DNA of 64,000 nt from Octopus sinensis (GCF_006345805.1 NC_043001.1:11346001-11410000); one strand, 5' to 3'; shown: positions 35,980-52,807, counted from the first letter of the stretch. Translations and numbers: made by a program. Notes: generated from the sequence alone by a model not told the origin.

Positions 35980-37247
35980 TATCAAGATAAATATGTAGAG
36001 AAGTTCTCTCTCGTCAGGGGCATGAAATAAACAAGACTGTTTAACTGAAAAGTACTTGGAAAATCTTAAAGATGTTAATGTGTAAAAATTATGAAGATCA
36101 CAGCGTGGAAGGCACATAGAAGTCTTTGATAAGCACGCAAATCCGGTTCAGGGATGCGCTTTTACCATATTGTCTCAGACGGTGCGACCAGAATTTTGAC
36201 AACCATGTAATAAATGTTTAAGAGAAGTTAACAGTTACCGTGCATTTTTGAACGGCTAATATATGTCTTCTACACGGTAATTGCTTTAATTTCATTTCAC
36301 AGCCTCAGAGAAATTCACTTGCCTGGCAACTGCATCTCCGAAATTATAAGCATTATGTTTCATTTGTGAAGACGAAATGGAGATAATTCTTGACAAAACT
36401 GACTCGGTGTATAGAAATTAAAATTATCTATATAATACATTGAGAGCCCACTGTAGTGTACATGAAGTCTCCTCAGTGTGTAAATATATATTGACTTTTA
36501 AACATGTTTTACATTTAGAAGGATTGCCTCCAACATCTTATCCGTCAAACAATATTTCCGTAAACAAGTTATTCACACTTCTTACGTCATCCGAGCTACT
36601 TCAAAGATACAGGTAATAATTATATATTTATTATCTTAAATTGCAGTCTATAACTTAAATGGATTCATTTCTGGCAAAGATCTAACACAATCTTCGCACC
36701 TGCTTAATTATAATGCAGTTAATATCAACCAAAATATCTGGGTATTATTTCTCATTTCTTATATTATCTGTCTTTTATTCCACTCACTTAGAAACTATTT
36801 ATATATTTTTAAGAAATTTTTTTCCAGAGAGAATCTTACATTCGTTACAAAATCTAAGATTATATCTATTCTTGTCGTATCATTTTTATTTTTTTATATC
36901 TTTGTAATTGACTCCAAAGATCACACGCTATATTATTTTTTTTTGGTTTGTTTTGCTCATTATCATATTACAAGTTTTCTGAACCGCTGTTTTTTCGCTT
37001 AGCACATTATGTACCAACATCTCTTAAAAGTAGCTTTCGCTTTTTATTTCAAAATAATTTTATTTCAAGCAACTCTGTATTTCAGATCCTCTTCAATTAA
37101 CTTCTAATACCCGCTCACCCCGTTACACACACACGTGTAAGTGCTCCTGTTTTTTCATAGCCTTTTCGAAGTTGAGATGGAATTAGATGTATTAGATTTT
37201 TACTGCAACACCATACAAACACATATGCATACGCACATACCTACATA

Positions 37248-37281
<34 letters not shown>

Positions 37282-37359
37282 CGTATATATAAATGTACAC
37301 AGACACATACATACATACATACATACATACATACATACATGCATACATACATACATACA

Positions 37360-37391
<32 letters not shown>

Positions 37392-37392
<1 letters not shown>

Positions 37393-37471
37393 GGTGGCGA
37401 AGTTACGGGGATGTAAACACATCAGCATCGGTTGGCAAGCGATGTTGGGGAGACAAGCACAGACACACAAG

Positions 37472-37512
<41 letters not shown>

Positions 37513-37560
37513 CATATATATATACGACGGGTTTCTTTCAATTTTCGTCTACCAAATTCA
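37392..37560 (-). mobile_element. SINE-C internal fragment
   Basis: aagttacggggatgtaaacacatcagcatcggttg..(CA)n..acgacgggtttctttca. Confidence 0.8.
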
Positions 37561-37649
37561 TCCATCCATCCATCCATACACACACACATATATATATATA
37601 TACATATACATACATACATACAAACATATATATATATATAGAAGCAAAA

Positions 37650-37825
37650 TAGCTAGTTCTAAAATGTCTGTAAGAGATGTAAGTAATAGCAACACTGAAA
37701 ATATATGTATGATGCCACTTCAACATGGCTGTACAGATACTACTCTACTATCGTTTTCAGTATTGTTACTACCAGTTTTCAGAATTGGTACAACTTGCAT
37801 GTTACAGAGATTTCAGAACTAGCTA
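37650..37825. repeat. Degenerate fold-back
   Basis: tagctagttct.aaat.tctgtaa / ttacagagatttcagaactagcta, with inner taatagcaacactgaaaa / ttttcagtattgttacta. Confidence 0.6.
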
Positions 37826-37944
37826 CTTACCTTGTTGAAAGATCAACGGCTGGATATCGTCTGCATTTCTATATGTTGCGAGCTAGGACGTTCAACTGTC
37901 ACGTCTGGCAGGCAGATGTCCAGTACTGACGAAGGGAAATGGTT

Positions 37945-38095
37945 CTGGGCTTAGACCCATTGTATGGCTCCTTGGGCAAGTGCCTTCTACTACAGCCTCG
38001 GGTCAAACAAAGCCTTGTGCGTGAGTGGATTTGGTAGGCGGAAACTGGAAGGAGCCTGTCATATGCATATATGTATTTATGTATGTCTGTATGTG

Positions 38096-38126
<31 letters not shown>

Positions 38127-38330
38127 TAGTGCGTGTGTATCTGTATTTGTCCCCCCACCAATCGCTTGGCAATCGATGCTGGTGTGTTTATGTCCACGTA
38201 ACTTAGCGGTTTGGCAAAAGAGCCCGATAGAATAAGTACTAGGCTTGCAAAGAATAAGTCCTGAGGTCGATTTGTTCGACTGAAGGCGGTGCTCCAGAAT
38301 GACTGCTGTCAAATGACTGAAACAAGTAAC
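37945..38330 (+). mobile_element. SINE-C, 5' degenerate
   Basis: ccttgggcaagtgccttctac..(TA)n..gactgaaacaagtaa. Confidence 0.85.
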
Positions 38331-38394
38331 GATGAAGAAAAGATACATATATTTATATATACAAATATACATATGTATATATATATATATATAT

Positions 38395-41744
<3,350 letters not shown>

Positions 41745-42557
41745 ACTACATAGATATAACGTAAAAATCTATTAACACAGGTAAATTACTCTTTCGTCCT
41801 CTTTCTTTAAAGATTCTGATTTGAATAGCGAACACCTATTTTCCGTTTCTTCTCGTCGAAGCACGTATTGCTTGGTAAATCTCATTATTGGTAAAAGAAC
41901 AAAAACAATTAGTCTCTAAACTTTGTTACTTATCGCTAACCACTAGTCAGCTACAAAACTAAACATTTACACAATGGCTATTTGTCGAACATATGCATGC
42001 TAGCGACTGAAGAATATCTGCAATTACGAACTGTATCACTTGAAGTTTTGCATTTATAAAAGACTCCATAGTTCCCTTGTTTGAATTTTCCTGTTCGTAA
42101 ACAGATTTCTGAGTACATTTTCCTTAGAATTATGTCGCTGCATCCTCGTGTGTTTTTTATATTTCAATATTCGTAAATAGAACTTCGGTTTTTATTGCTC
42201 AATTAATTGAAATTGACGTGAAGTTGGATGAATTTCTAAGACGAACAGAATAAAGGAAAGAAAAGAAATGCAATTTCTTGCTGCAATAATACCATTTTTA
42301 AAGCCACACGTGGAATTATTGGGACGCATAAAGAACTAGACTCGTAGCAGTTGAAACAAAAATAGGAACAATGAAGTTACAAGTATCTCCACCAAATTAG
42401 CAACTGCTCGATTTCTTCTTGTACCGCAAAGATCAGGAACAAAGAAGATTGTCAACATACTGAACAAAAAACACATACCTACTAAATCCAGAACTATATA
42501 TGGCAATAATGGAATGAAGGAAATCAAAGTAATATATATAAAAAAGAAACGTATTAA

Positions 42558-42954
42558 TCTTTATATATAAAAGTGAAGTTTTGTGTCTGTCTCCTACGAT
42601 TTAGATTCCTAACTACTCCTACATTTTGCGGTGCAGTTTAACCAAAACCGGGTATCTTATAGTCGTGATTCATATCGAGCCCTTCTGGGTATTAGCGCGC
42701 GTCTACGATGAGTCTACGATTTAAAAAAAAATTACCATAATTTTTTTCCATTTTAATGCATTTTTTCGCTATTATATAAGGGAAGTAACTCTCTAAAAAT
42801 GTCTACGATGAGTCAACGATTAAAACAAAAATTTACCATAATTTTTTTTCCATTTTTAATGCATTTTTTTGCTATTTTTTGGCTATAACTCTCTAAAAAT
42901 GCTTATATAGTTATTTCCCTTACAAACCCGAGCAACGCCGGGCGATACTGCTAG
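42558..42954 (+). mobile_element. Non-autonomous Helitron H1 with internal ~85-bp duplication
   Basis: A|TC...acccgagcaacgccgggcgatactgCTAG|T. Confidence 0.9.
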
Positions 42955-43289
42955 TCTAAAATAAAGGTAACGCTATAGTCGCAGACGTGGCTGTGTGGTA
43001 AGAAGACTGCTTCTAAATCACGTGGTTTTGGGTTTAGATATGGGCAAGTATCTGGGGCCGACCACCTTGTCCCAGCGCAAATAGGTGTTCACCTTGTCCC
43101 AGCGTAAATATTACACTAAAAGCGAAGGGAAAACTTTATCACTAGTGACGTAATTTTATGTGTACAGAGAGGTACAGACACACACACATACACACACATA
43201 CATACATACATACATACATACATACATACATACACAAACACACAAAGCTCTTAGATCCTTCCGAACTATCAACAAAACCAGTAACAAGC

Positions 43290-43720
43290 CTTCTCTAAAC
43301 TTCCCGATTTTTTGCCCTCTTTCTGGTTCCTCTCGGGCTGACTTCCATTGCTATCATGTCCTCTTGATGCTTATACTCCCGCAGCTTCCTTCATCTTTCT
43401 CTTAGCCTTTTCCATCTGGCGTCCACCTCAGCGCGACGCTAATTAAAGCATCCGCCATATTCGCCGCTTAATCACTATGTTCTGCTAACTTTACGCGTTA
43501 GATCTTCTCTTCACGTTTTTGTCTCACTATCGCGGAAGGAGACCACCAGGATTGAACGTAGTCATCGTCGATGGAACACGACCAGCAACTGAGAGATCTC
43601 CACCGTCTTCTTTCAGGTTTCACAGGCGTAGATGTCTGTCTGTATAACAATGGATGAGTGTAGCTGCAGATTTATCTTCTTACGGCTGGTCTTCGATCTC
43701 CATATTGGATTAAAACTTTG
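43290..43720 (-). mobile_element. Decayed RTE-like LINE fragment
   Basis: FNPIWRSK..KINLQLHSSIVIQTDIYACET*KKT..VFHRR*LRSIL..FRD resembles RTE C-terminal Y..ETW..F..RCLR.IL. Confidence 0.7.
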
Positions 43721-43799
43721 GAAGATTATCATTACACTACATATCCTGGTCTTGACTGCAACACACACACACTCACACACATACACACACGCACATACA

Positions 43800-44209
43800 C
43801 TTACTCTTTTACTCTTTTACTTGTTTCAGTCATATGACTGCGGCCATGCTGGAGCACCGCCTTTAATCGAGCAACTCGACCCCTGGACTTATTCTTTTGT
43901 AAGCCCAGTACTTATTCTATCGGTCTCTTTTGCCGAACCGCTAAGTAACGGGGACATAAACACACCAGCATCGGTTGTCAAGCAATGTTAGGGGAACAAA
44001 CACAGACACACAAACACACACACGCATATATATGTATACATATATACGACGGGCTTCTTTCAGTTTCCGTCTACCAAATCCACTCACAAGGCTTTGGTCG
44101 GCCCGAGGCTATAGTAGAAGACACTTGCCCAAGGTGCCACGCAGTGGGACTGAACCCGGAACCGTGTGGTTGGTAAACAAGCTACTCACCACACAGCCAC
44201 TCCTGCGCC
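43800..44209 (-). mobile_element. SINE-C full copy, close to consensus
   Basis: Both halves present with a short internal microsatellite. Confidence 0.92.
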
Positions 44210-44699
44210 ACATATGTAAATTAACATAATAAATGCACAAACATATATTTATACACACGCACACACACACATATATGCTTGCCTTAGTCTGCGTGCATCA
44301 GTGTGCGTATATGATATTTTTCTCTTCCCGCCGTCGTCGGTCGATTTTTGTTACATCAAATGGTTAAGTGTTACTCACAAAAAAAATTTTATGTACAAAT
44401 TAGCGTATTATATATATTGATTATACATATGTGTGTATATATACACATACATACACATATGTGTGCATGTATTTGTGTGTGCTTGCATGCACAAGCATAT
44501 CTAACGCAGAAAGCGTGAACGCTCCAAGAAAGTCACCGATGTGGAATTTTATTTAAATCCAGTGACATTTAAAGGTCATTCAAAACTCTCAAATTTTATG
44601 CAAAATTCGTTATTTTTAAATACGCCCGAAGCATTAACAAACGATTTTAACACACGTTGTTATGTTTTTAATCGTTTGATTTATTTAAACTTACTAAAA

Positions 44700-44865
44700 C
44701 ATGCAGTTGTAGCTGTGAGGTAAGAAGTTTGCTTCCCAACCACATAGTTCTGGGTTCAATCCCACTGAGTAGCATCTTGAGCAAGCGTCTTTTGTAATAG
44801 CATCGGGCAGACTGAAGCCTTGTGAGAAGGTTTGGTAGACGGAAACTGAAAGAAGCCCTTCGGAC
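44700..44865 (-). mobile_element. SINE-C 5' half
   Basis: Head and CORE-like segment. Confidence 0.7.
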
Positions 44866-44987
44866 AAACGCACACACCACATTATATATATATATACACA
44901 TTTTCATTTTTCAATAAGTGACCACGTGTGTATCGTTGACGATTTTATTTCTCCGTCTTCCCTTCCTTGGACCTTTCCTTTCCCTAT

Positions 44988-45022
44988 GTTTCTGACGAAG
45001 AGCTCCGCTCGAAACGTTAAAT
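44988..45022 (+). ncRNA. Minimal type-I hammerhead motif in a PLE-terminus-like segment (~44930-45125)
   Basis: gttt CTGACGA a GAGC tcc GCTC GAAA cgt t aaat; segment ends in (TA)n. Confidence 0.7.
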
Positions 45023-45120
45023 CCCCCTTCTTTCTTTCCTTTTCTGAGTGTCCAATAACACTATACTTGTTCCACGTCCTCGCGTTGTTGTGTTTTACCT
45101 TTGTTCATGTTTGGATTAAC

Positions 45121-45154
<34 letters not shown>

Positions 45155-46641
45155 GATAGATAGATAGATATATATATGTGTGTGTGTGTGTGTGTTTGTG
45201 TTTGTGCGTGTGTGTGTGTGCGTATGTGTTTGTGTCCGTGTTTGTCCCGCACTATCGACTGATAACCGGTGTTGGTGTATTTACGTCTCTATAAAATAGC
45301 GGTTCGATAAAAGAGATCAATATAATAAATACCAGGTTTAGGGAAAAAAAAATTAAGTACGTGCATCGATTCATTCGGCTAAAACATCTTAAAGGGCGGT
45401 GCTCCAGTATGGCCGCAATCAAATGACCGAAGCAAAAAATTAAAAGGCTCGTGTATTATGGAATATAGATCCTCAGTAAAATATATAAAGCTCAAGCTAA
45501 TTTTCTTTACAAATAGAAAAATAAAAATAACAGCTTACAATCAAACAAAACAAAGTGAGAATTAATCCTTCGCCATCATCACTCGCAGTCAAGACGTGAA
45601 ATTGCTCTGTCTTTTCAAGCAAAATGTTTACTTAATTTCACTAATCGAGGCATTAAAAGATTATCTTTTGTGCTCAATAGTCATTTTTATTTTAATAATT
45701 TTACTAAGGTTTCAAGGAAAATTAAATTTAGAAATTATCTAAGTAATAAAATTAATTTTATATGAAAACGGTTTTTTCTTAGGGCGACTAAAAGAATTAA
45801 TTTCTTAAGCATCGATAATGGTTTCCATGAACACTTAAAAGGCTAAAAACTACTTAGAGTGAAATTGTTGATTTGTTTCAGTTACTTGGAGAACAAACTG
45901 AAGTCGTTCATTCTGTTTAAAATTTAGCAGAAAATAAAGGTAACTTCGAACGCAGACGAGATGTGAAAACAGGTTAGAAGATTACGTAAATACTCTTGGT
46001 GAGCGGAAGGAGTGACTAGCTAGCCATTACAGATAATCGAACCCCGTTCCTTTCAAATTCCGACTGAGCGAACTGCACCATTAAGCCAAACAACCCATCA
46101 CTACAGTTGGCGCCTTTATTAACGCCGAATGATAGATTCTGGAATGTGAGAACATTTTTATAAACAAACTTTGAAGCGCAGAGTGAATTGGAATTTTACT
46201 GAAAATAAAGGAACTCGAAGGCTGAATAGCTGTAAAAAACAGCTTAGAAGTTTGGTTAAATACTGTTAGAAGACAAATTAAGAAGTGGCCAGCAAGCTGC
46301 TACAGAAGATGTCCAAATTCTTTAACATCTTGAATTAAAGCCACTCATTGCTCTGACTAATTCCGACTCAATTTTGAGGTGTTGTTTTTGCATGAGCTAC
46401 AAAATAATCATCTTCGTGCTTCAATGTAGCAGGGTTTCGTCCAAAATTTCTTGGAGAATCTCAAGTCTGTAAAATATACTCCTGCCAGTGCAAGTTTAAG
46501 GTCTGTAGATCATATCGTCATCACGATTCTTCGTGAGAAAATCCAAAAGTATTTTCTGGAGTATTGATGTCACATCATGTTTTGCTTTCTTTGAGAACCT
46601 CCAGTGTTATCCCTTCCGGTTTTCAAGTTTATATTTGATCG

Positions 46642-46675
<34 letters not shown>

Positions 46676-46709
46676 AAGAGAAAAAGGAAGGGAGAGAAAC
46701 ATCAAATCT

Positions 46710-47122
46710 GTGAGCTGGCAGAAACGTTAGCACGCCGGGCGAAATGCGTAGCTGTATTTCTTCTGCCGTTACGTTCTGAGTTCAAAATCCGCCGAGGTCG
46801 ACTTTGCCTTTCATCCTTTCGGGGTCGATAAATAAAGTACCACTTACGCACTGGGGCCGATATAATCGACTTAATCCGTTTGTCTGTTCTTGTTTGTCCC
46901 CTCTGTGTTTAGCCCCTTGTGGGTAGTAAAGAAATAGGTATTTCGTCTGCCGTTACGTTCTGAGTTCAAATTCCACCGTGATCGACTTTGCCTTTCATCC
47001 TTTCGGGGTCGATAAATTAAGTACCAGTTGCGTACTGGGGTCGATGTAATCAACTTAATCCGTTTGTCTGTCCTTGTTTGTCCCCTCTATGTTTAGCCCC
47101 TTGTGGGCAATAAAGAAATAAA
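46710..47122 (+). mobile_element. SINE-A head plus 2 units
   Basis: Flanking direct repeat aaacatcaa(a/g)tctg. Confidence 0.88.
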
Positions 47123-47263
47123 AAACATCAAGTCTGATAAATACCACACTTATACTTAAGTGCCTACGGTAGCTCCTCTATCTTTTGCATGAGTAATGTT
47201 CACATGATTTTCTTAAGAGTTTGTTAGTCATTTATTGGTATTATAATGGCTTGGTTTACTAAA

Positions 47264-47618
47264 GGAGGCGCAATGGTTAGGGCAGCGGACTCGCGGTCGT
47301 AGGATCGTGGTTTCGATTCCCAGACCGGGCGTTGTGAGTGTTTATTGAGCGAAAACACCTAAAGCTCCACGAGACTCCGGCAGGGATAGTGGTGATCCCT
47401 GCTGTACTCTTTCACCACAACTTTCTCTCCATCTTACTTCAAAGGGCCGGCCTTGTCACTCTCTGTGTCACGCTGAATATCCCCGTGAACTACGTTCAGG
47501 GTACACGTGTATGTGGAGTGCTCAGCCACTTACACGTTAATTTCACGAGCAGGCTGTTCCGTTGATTCGGATCAACCGGAACCCTCGTCGTCGTAACCGA
47601 CGGAGTGCTTCCATCATA
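47264..47618 (+). mobile_element. SINE-B (head B1, tail b) with 11-bp TSD
   Basis: TSD ggtttactaaa at 47253-47263 and 47619-47629. Confidence 0.92.
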
Positions 47619-47834
47619 GGTTTACTAAACCAAGTGTATAATAAGTGTAAATACGTATTATAAAACCTTTGAATTCTCTTAAAATAGAGACTCTTCATCA
47701 GGAACTTGAAATTGATCTCGGAGTATCAAACATTTTAGGATATAAATAAGTCTTGATTCCTGTCTTGTCTAATACATAGATTTAGATGCTCAAATTTTGA
47801 ACCAACGAAGTTTACTTTCAGCTAAATTCCCAAA

Positions 47835-48120
47835 CTCCCTAATAATGAATTCATACATCTAATAATAAATTGATCATGAATGATGGATTCACAGACTTCC
47901 GATAATGTATTCACACACTTGATAATGAATTCGTACGCCCCCTAATAATGTTTAATGAATTCACATACCCCCAGATCATAAATTCACACACCTGATAATA
48001 TATTCTCATACTTCCCGATAATGAACTGACACGCCTCCTGCTAATATATTTACACCCCTCTGATTATGAAGTCGGTCACCTAATAATAAATTTCCCCCTC
48101 CCCACTGATAATACATTCCC
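47835..48120. repeat. Degenerate ~21-24-bp minisatellite
   Basis: About 11 copies of (g/a)ataatgaattcacacacct. Confidence 0.7.
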
Positions 48121-48959
48121 ATAGGCTTTTTATGCTGAACCCAACTTGAGAAATGATGATCAAAGTTTTTTTCCCCAATTTTCAGCTGTGCTGAAACAGC
48201 GTTATCTGTTGACTATTAACGAACTTGATATGATCAATCAATATTTGACTATTTTCACTAAAAACGTTAAAAAGACTCAGGTGTACGGATCGATTCGATA
48301 CCAATACACTGTGAAAAGCAACAACAAAATCTATCATTAAGATATGGCGCCAAGATAAGCTTTTCCCCTTTAGCAACTTTCTAGAATAGCACACACAGCA
48401 AAAACCTGTCGAGTACAAAACATTGTAAATTGCTTTATCACACTCCTTGGTTACGTTTGGAATTTGTATCAACTTTAACGTAACTATTGATAAAATCGAA
48501 ATGGAAAATATCTTAACCTTACTATTAACTGATAAACAAGGCTGGAATTTGCTGTCTTAGTGAACTGCAAATTAACTTGAAAATTGTTGGTAAAATCCGA
48601 TCTACATATTTTATGTATAATTGGGATAAGAAAAGGAAAGAGAACTTTGTGTTTCTTAAAGAACCTATGAATATTTAAAAATTCTGTGAAAACGTTTTAG
48701 TAGTGCTGGTTCATGAATTTTAGCGAAACGAATGAAAATAGAACTAGACTATACACAATGTAACTTTAACAAGATCGTATATTTATTTCTAACATGTTTT
48801 CTATCCTTAGTAAACTCTCACTTGACAATCACACTCCTGATAAATTTTACAATACATTTCAAGTTTCCTAGAACGCTGTTGCTTTCAAAACATACATACA
48901 TGCATAAATGCATGTTTATCTATGTATCTACATTTATTTTAAATTTTGACAGAAAGTCA

Positions 48960-49552
48960 ACAATTTCAGGCAAAGTGGAGGTTAATTACATCGACTCCAA
49001 TCCTCAACTGGTACGTATTTTATCCTTCCCGAAAGGATGAGTCGACCCGGGTGGCATTTGAACACACAACGTAAAGTCGGAAGAAGTACTGCTCGTTAAG
49101 TATATTTTCGTTGCGCGAACGATTCTTCTCTACTCTAGACACAAAGCCCGAAATTTTGAGGGAGGGGGCCAGTCGATTAGATAGACTCCAGTGCGTAATT
49201 GGTACTTAATTTATCAACCCCGAAAGGATAAAGAGCAAAGTCGACCTAGGCGGAATTTGAACTCAGAACGTAGAGACAGACGAAATACCTATTTCTTTAC
49301 TGCCCACAAGGGGCTAAACACAGAGAGGACAAACAAAAACAGACAAAGGGATTAAGTCGATTATATCGACTCCATTGCGTAACTGGTACTTATTTATTCG
49401 ACCCCGAAAGGATGAAAGGCAAAGTCGCGGAATTTGAACTCAGAACGTAACGGCAGACGAAATACCTATTTCTTTACTACCCACAAGGGGATAAACACAG
49501 AGAGGACGAACAAGGACAGACAAAGGGATTAAGTCGATTATATCGACCCCAG
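48960..49552 (-). mobile_element. Cluster of SINE-A units
   Basis: Repeated reverse-complement A bodies and tails. Confidence 0.85.
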
Positions 49553-49967
49553 TATTACACACGCATATATATATATATATATATATATGTATACATACAT
49601 TCACACGCATATTTAATATACACAATTACAAAGGAGCTACAAATGATTTCATGCTTTAAGACATATTAAATTGAAAGATTTATATTACATGGCATGTACT
49701 TCAAAGCAATCTTTCAAACTCAGATCTTAACGTTAGATGTTAAAAAGTGAAAAAAACACAAGACACTGGACTACGAGAAAGTTTCAAGAAAAAAATAATG
49801 AGGAAGAAAAAACTAGAAGATTATTGATGCAGAAAGTGGAACGAGAAGAAAGAAAGTAAAAGTAAGAAAAAGTAACCAAGATCTTCGTCCTCTTTGACCG
49901 TAAAAACCAGAATTAATGTCGTAGCTGCGCAATAATAAAATATAAAGGAGTGGAGTCGAAATATATA

Positions 49968-50595
49968 TATTAGGTCGTCAAGTATGAAATTTGTATTAAG
50001 GTATATGGTATATTATGACAGCTGCTCATTTTTCGCCATTAATATATTTTGGCAATCTTTATTTTTTGGTCTGGCGAAAGTGTGGTCCATTATGATTTCA
50101 TTAAACCTAGCTCATCAATCACAGCTGAAGTATACTGCAGCCAACTGGACCAAAGAAAGCAGAAACAAACAAAAAAAAAATCAGCCTAGATAAGTCAACA
50201 GATCCACTTCTATTTTATTGCAAAACAACGCCGGGCCACATATCGCAAAAATGACATTGGCGAAACTACAGGCGTTGAAATTGGAAGTTCTCCATCATCC
50301 ACCATACTCACCTGTTCGTGCCCCCCACTGACTACCACTTCTTCTAGAATTTGGATAACTTTTTGATTGGAAGAACATTTAATTCCGGCGATGCTGTAAA
50401 GCAGGCCTTCTAAGATTTTATTGACTCTAGACTGCCAGGCTTTTACAGTTCCGGACCGGACAAGTTACCACTGAAATGGCAAAAGTGTATTGACAATATG
50501 GGTGCATACTGTGATGAATAAAATTATTCCTTGTATTTATAAAACGTTCAAAAACTTTTTTCTTTTCTACAATTTTCATTCTTGAAAACATAATA
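49968..50595 (+). mobile_element. Internally deleted mariner (cecropia/Hsmar1-like C-terminus)
   Basis: TIRs tattaggtcgtcaagtatgaaatttg / caattttcattcttgaaaacataata; VVHYDFIKPSSSITAEVYC..LLQNNAGPHIAK..LHHPPYSPVRAPTDYHFF..LPLKWQKCID. Confidence 0.88.
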
Positions 50596-50611
50596 TTTGG
50601 AGCCGGGTGAG

Positions 50612-50658
50612 AGTCACTGATGAGCATTAGACATTGCGAATTCACTAGTGATCTGGTT
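50612..50658 (+). ncRNA. Hammerhead-like motif with A15.1U change
   Basis: agtca CTGATGA GCA ttagacat TGC GAAt tcactagtga t c tggtt; downstream segment ends in (TA)n at ~50820. Confidence 0.45.
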
Positions 50659-52749
50659 ATGTCTGCATGCTGAGGGAGATTGCCTCTCTTGTCAGTCATT
50701 AAGATAAGTGCTGCTTGTGGCTATGTGTTGTTTGACTATTATTTCTACATTTCTACTAATGCCCTTAGTCGCTTTAGTGACATATATATTTCTGTCTTTC
50801 GTTTGTAAAATTGTGAATAATATATATATATAATTGAAATATAATTTACTCCCTGAGCGAAAACTGCAATTTCTGCGGGATTACACGTAACACCACGTGG
50901 GTATTGAGGATAGATGCGTGTTCACATTCGGCTGTATATTTTGGGAAATGTTGGTTGAATATCGGTTATGCGATGACGCTTGATCGCGTACGTATTCAAT
51001 CCTAACACTCTCAAATTTATATTTGGAAATGCTGCACTGAAGATGAGAAATAAGTCAGTAAATATAGTTTTACTTTAATCTCGCAACGCGTATGTAGCTA
51101 ATCTGAGTCGTGTGGATTCGTTATTTTTTCTTTTTGCCTACTAAAAGTGTGTTACTGTCTGGTAGATCTTTATGGTAGCAGAAAATCATTTTAACTTTAA
51201 ATCCGGTGCGTGGCAAAGCAATTAGCTGACCATTGATTATAATTGTTTATAATTATAGAATATTTATATATATATATATATATTACTTTATATTATTATA
51301 TGAACGAGATTTGCGGGTTTTATTTTAGGATTATGTTTACCTCTTAAGCTGATCGTCGAGTGCTTCTCTACTTGTTGAAATCTTACCATATAATATGTCT
51401 TTATATCAGTTAAATTACTTAAATATACGTATACACGCATACATACATATGCGTTAAGCATCATATTCACAGGCTAACTTCAAAGTTTCGCCAACATAAC
51501 GTCCTTGTTATTTAGGTCTATGATTCTTACCTTTTCATGCTGAGATATATCATGTGAAAAATCAGATTTAATTCATTAGTGACGAATAAGCTGATGTGCC
51601 AAAGGCGTTGTATCGACTTACGGCGGATGTGTATATATCTGTGTGTGTGTATGTGTGTTTAAATGGCATAATGATAATTAATGTGCAATTTATTAAAGAT
51701 ATGCCATTGTGGGTTTGTTTAAATTGGCCTTTATACGAATAGAATTAAACGTAATTCATATGTGTCTCTGCAAGGAATAATCCAGAATGAACTAGAAGTT
51801 ATATATTTAAGGAGAGATCTCTAAACCTATTGCTGCATACAAAGCACATTAAATAATGATAAAAGTAAGTGCCATAATCTATCGGTATTTAACCGTATGC
51901 TTAGTGAGTTATCATATTACTGTGCAGAAAGTATGGTCTATTCGAACATAAAGAAATAATTCAATAGGCTTATTAAAAGCTTTTGTATTCTTTTTTAAAT
52001 TGAGTTTCTCAAGAGAATATGAATTACAAAATGAGGTAGTTTAAGATAAAATAGTACGCCTGAAAAATCCAATCTAATAATTAAATTATTATTATTATTT
52101 CAAAAATATGCAAGCAAAAACCACATCAAAGCCTTCTCCAGATAATTGCACTCGGCTAGAACTGAAACAGCTTTGTAATATTTCAAAGGAAGAATCATGC
52201 TGATAATATCCACTTTTAAATTGACTTGTTGTTAAACCGAAGTAATCTATGCAGATATTATTAATGTGAAATGAGACGGAGCTATAAGAGAAATGGATTA
52301 TTCTAAACATCCACATATACTCTATATGCACTGTCGAACGTACTGAACACAAATTTATTAGATATCCAACGGTTAAAAATTCGTAATATAACGAATGAAT
52401 GATAAATGATATAATGTTTGTTTTTTATATCTATATTAAATATTAAATAGAAACTAATGCACATTATCTGATGGTCTTTGTGACGGTGAAATTTAATGTA
52501 ATATGAATAGGTAATACCCAGCTATTAAGGAAATGTGTGGGACTCGCAATCTTCGTTGGCCTTAAATTCATATCGTATGACACACACACGCAAGCAATAT
52601 TACAGCAGTTTCCTAATCTACCACGAATTGCTAGTGGATTTTGAACATCTGTGCTCTTTACGAAAGTGTAAAAATCATTCTTGCCGTTTACCTCTCGTTT
52701 TAGTTGCTTAAATACATACATAGATACATACACACATACATACCCCCAT

Positions 52750-52799
<50 letters not shown>

Positions 52800-52807
<8 letters not shown>

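Noticed and set aside
47660-47705. Minus-strand CTGATGA-a-gagtctct..agagaattc hairpin (HHR-like)
   Set aside because: Followed by aaaggtt rather than GAAA, and no stem I; at best a very decayed copy.
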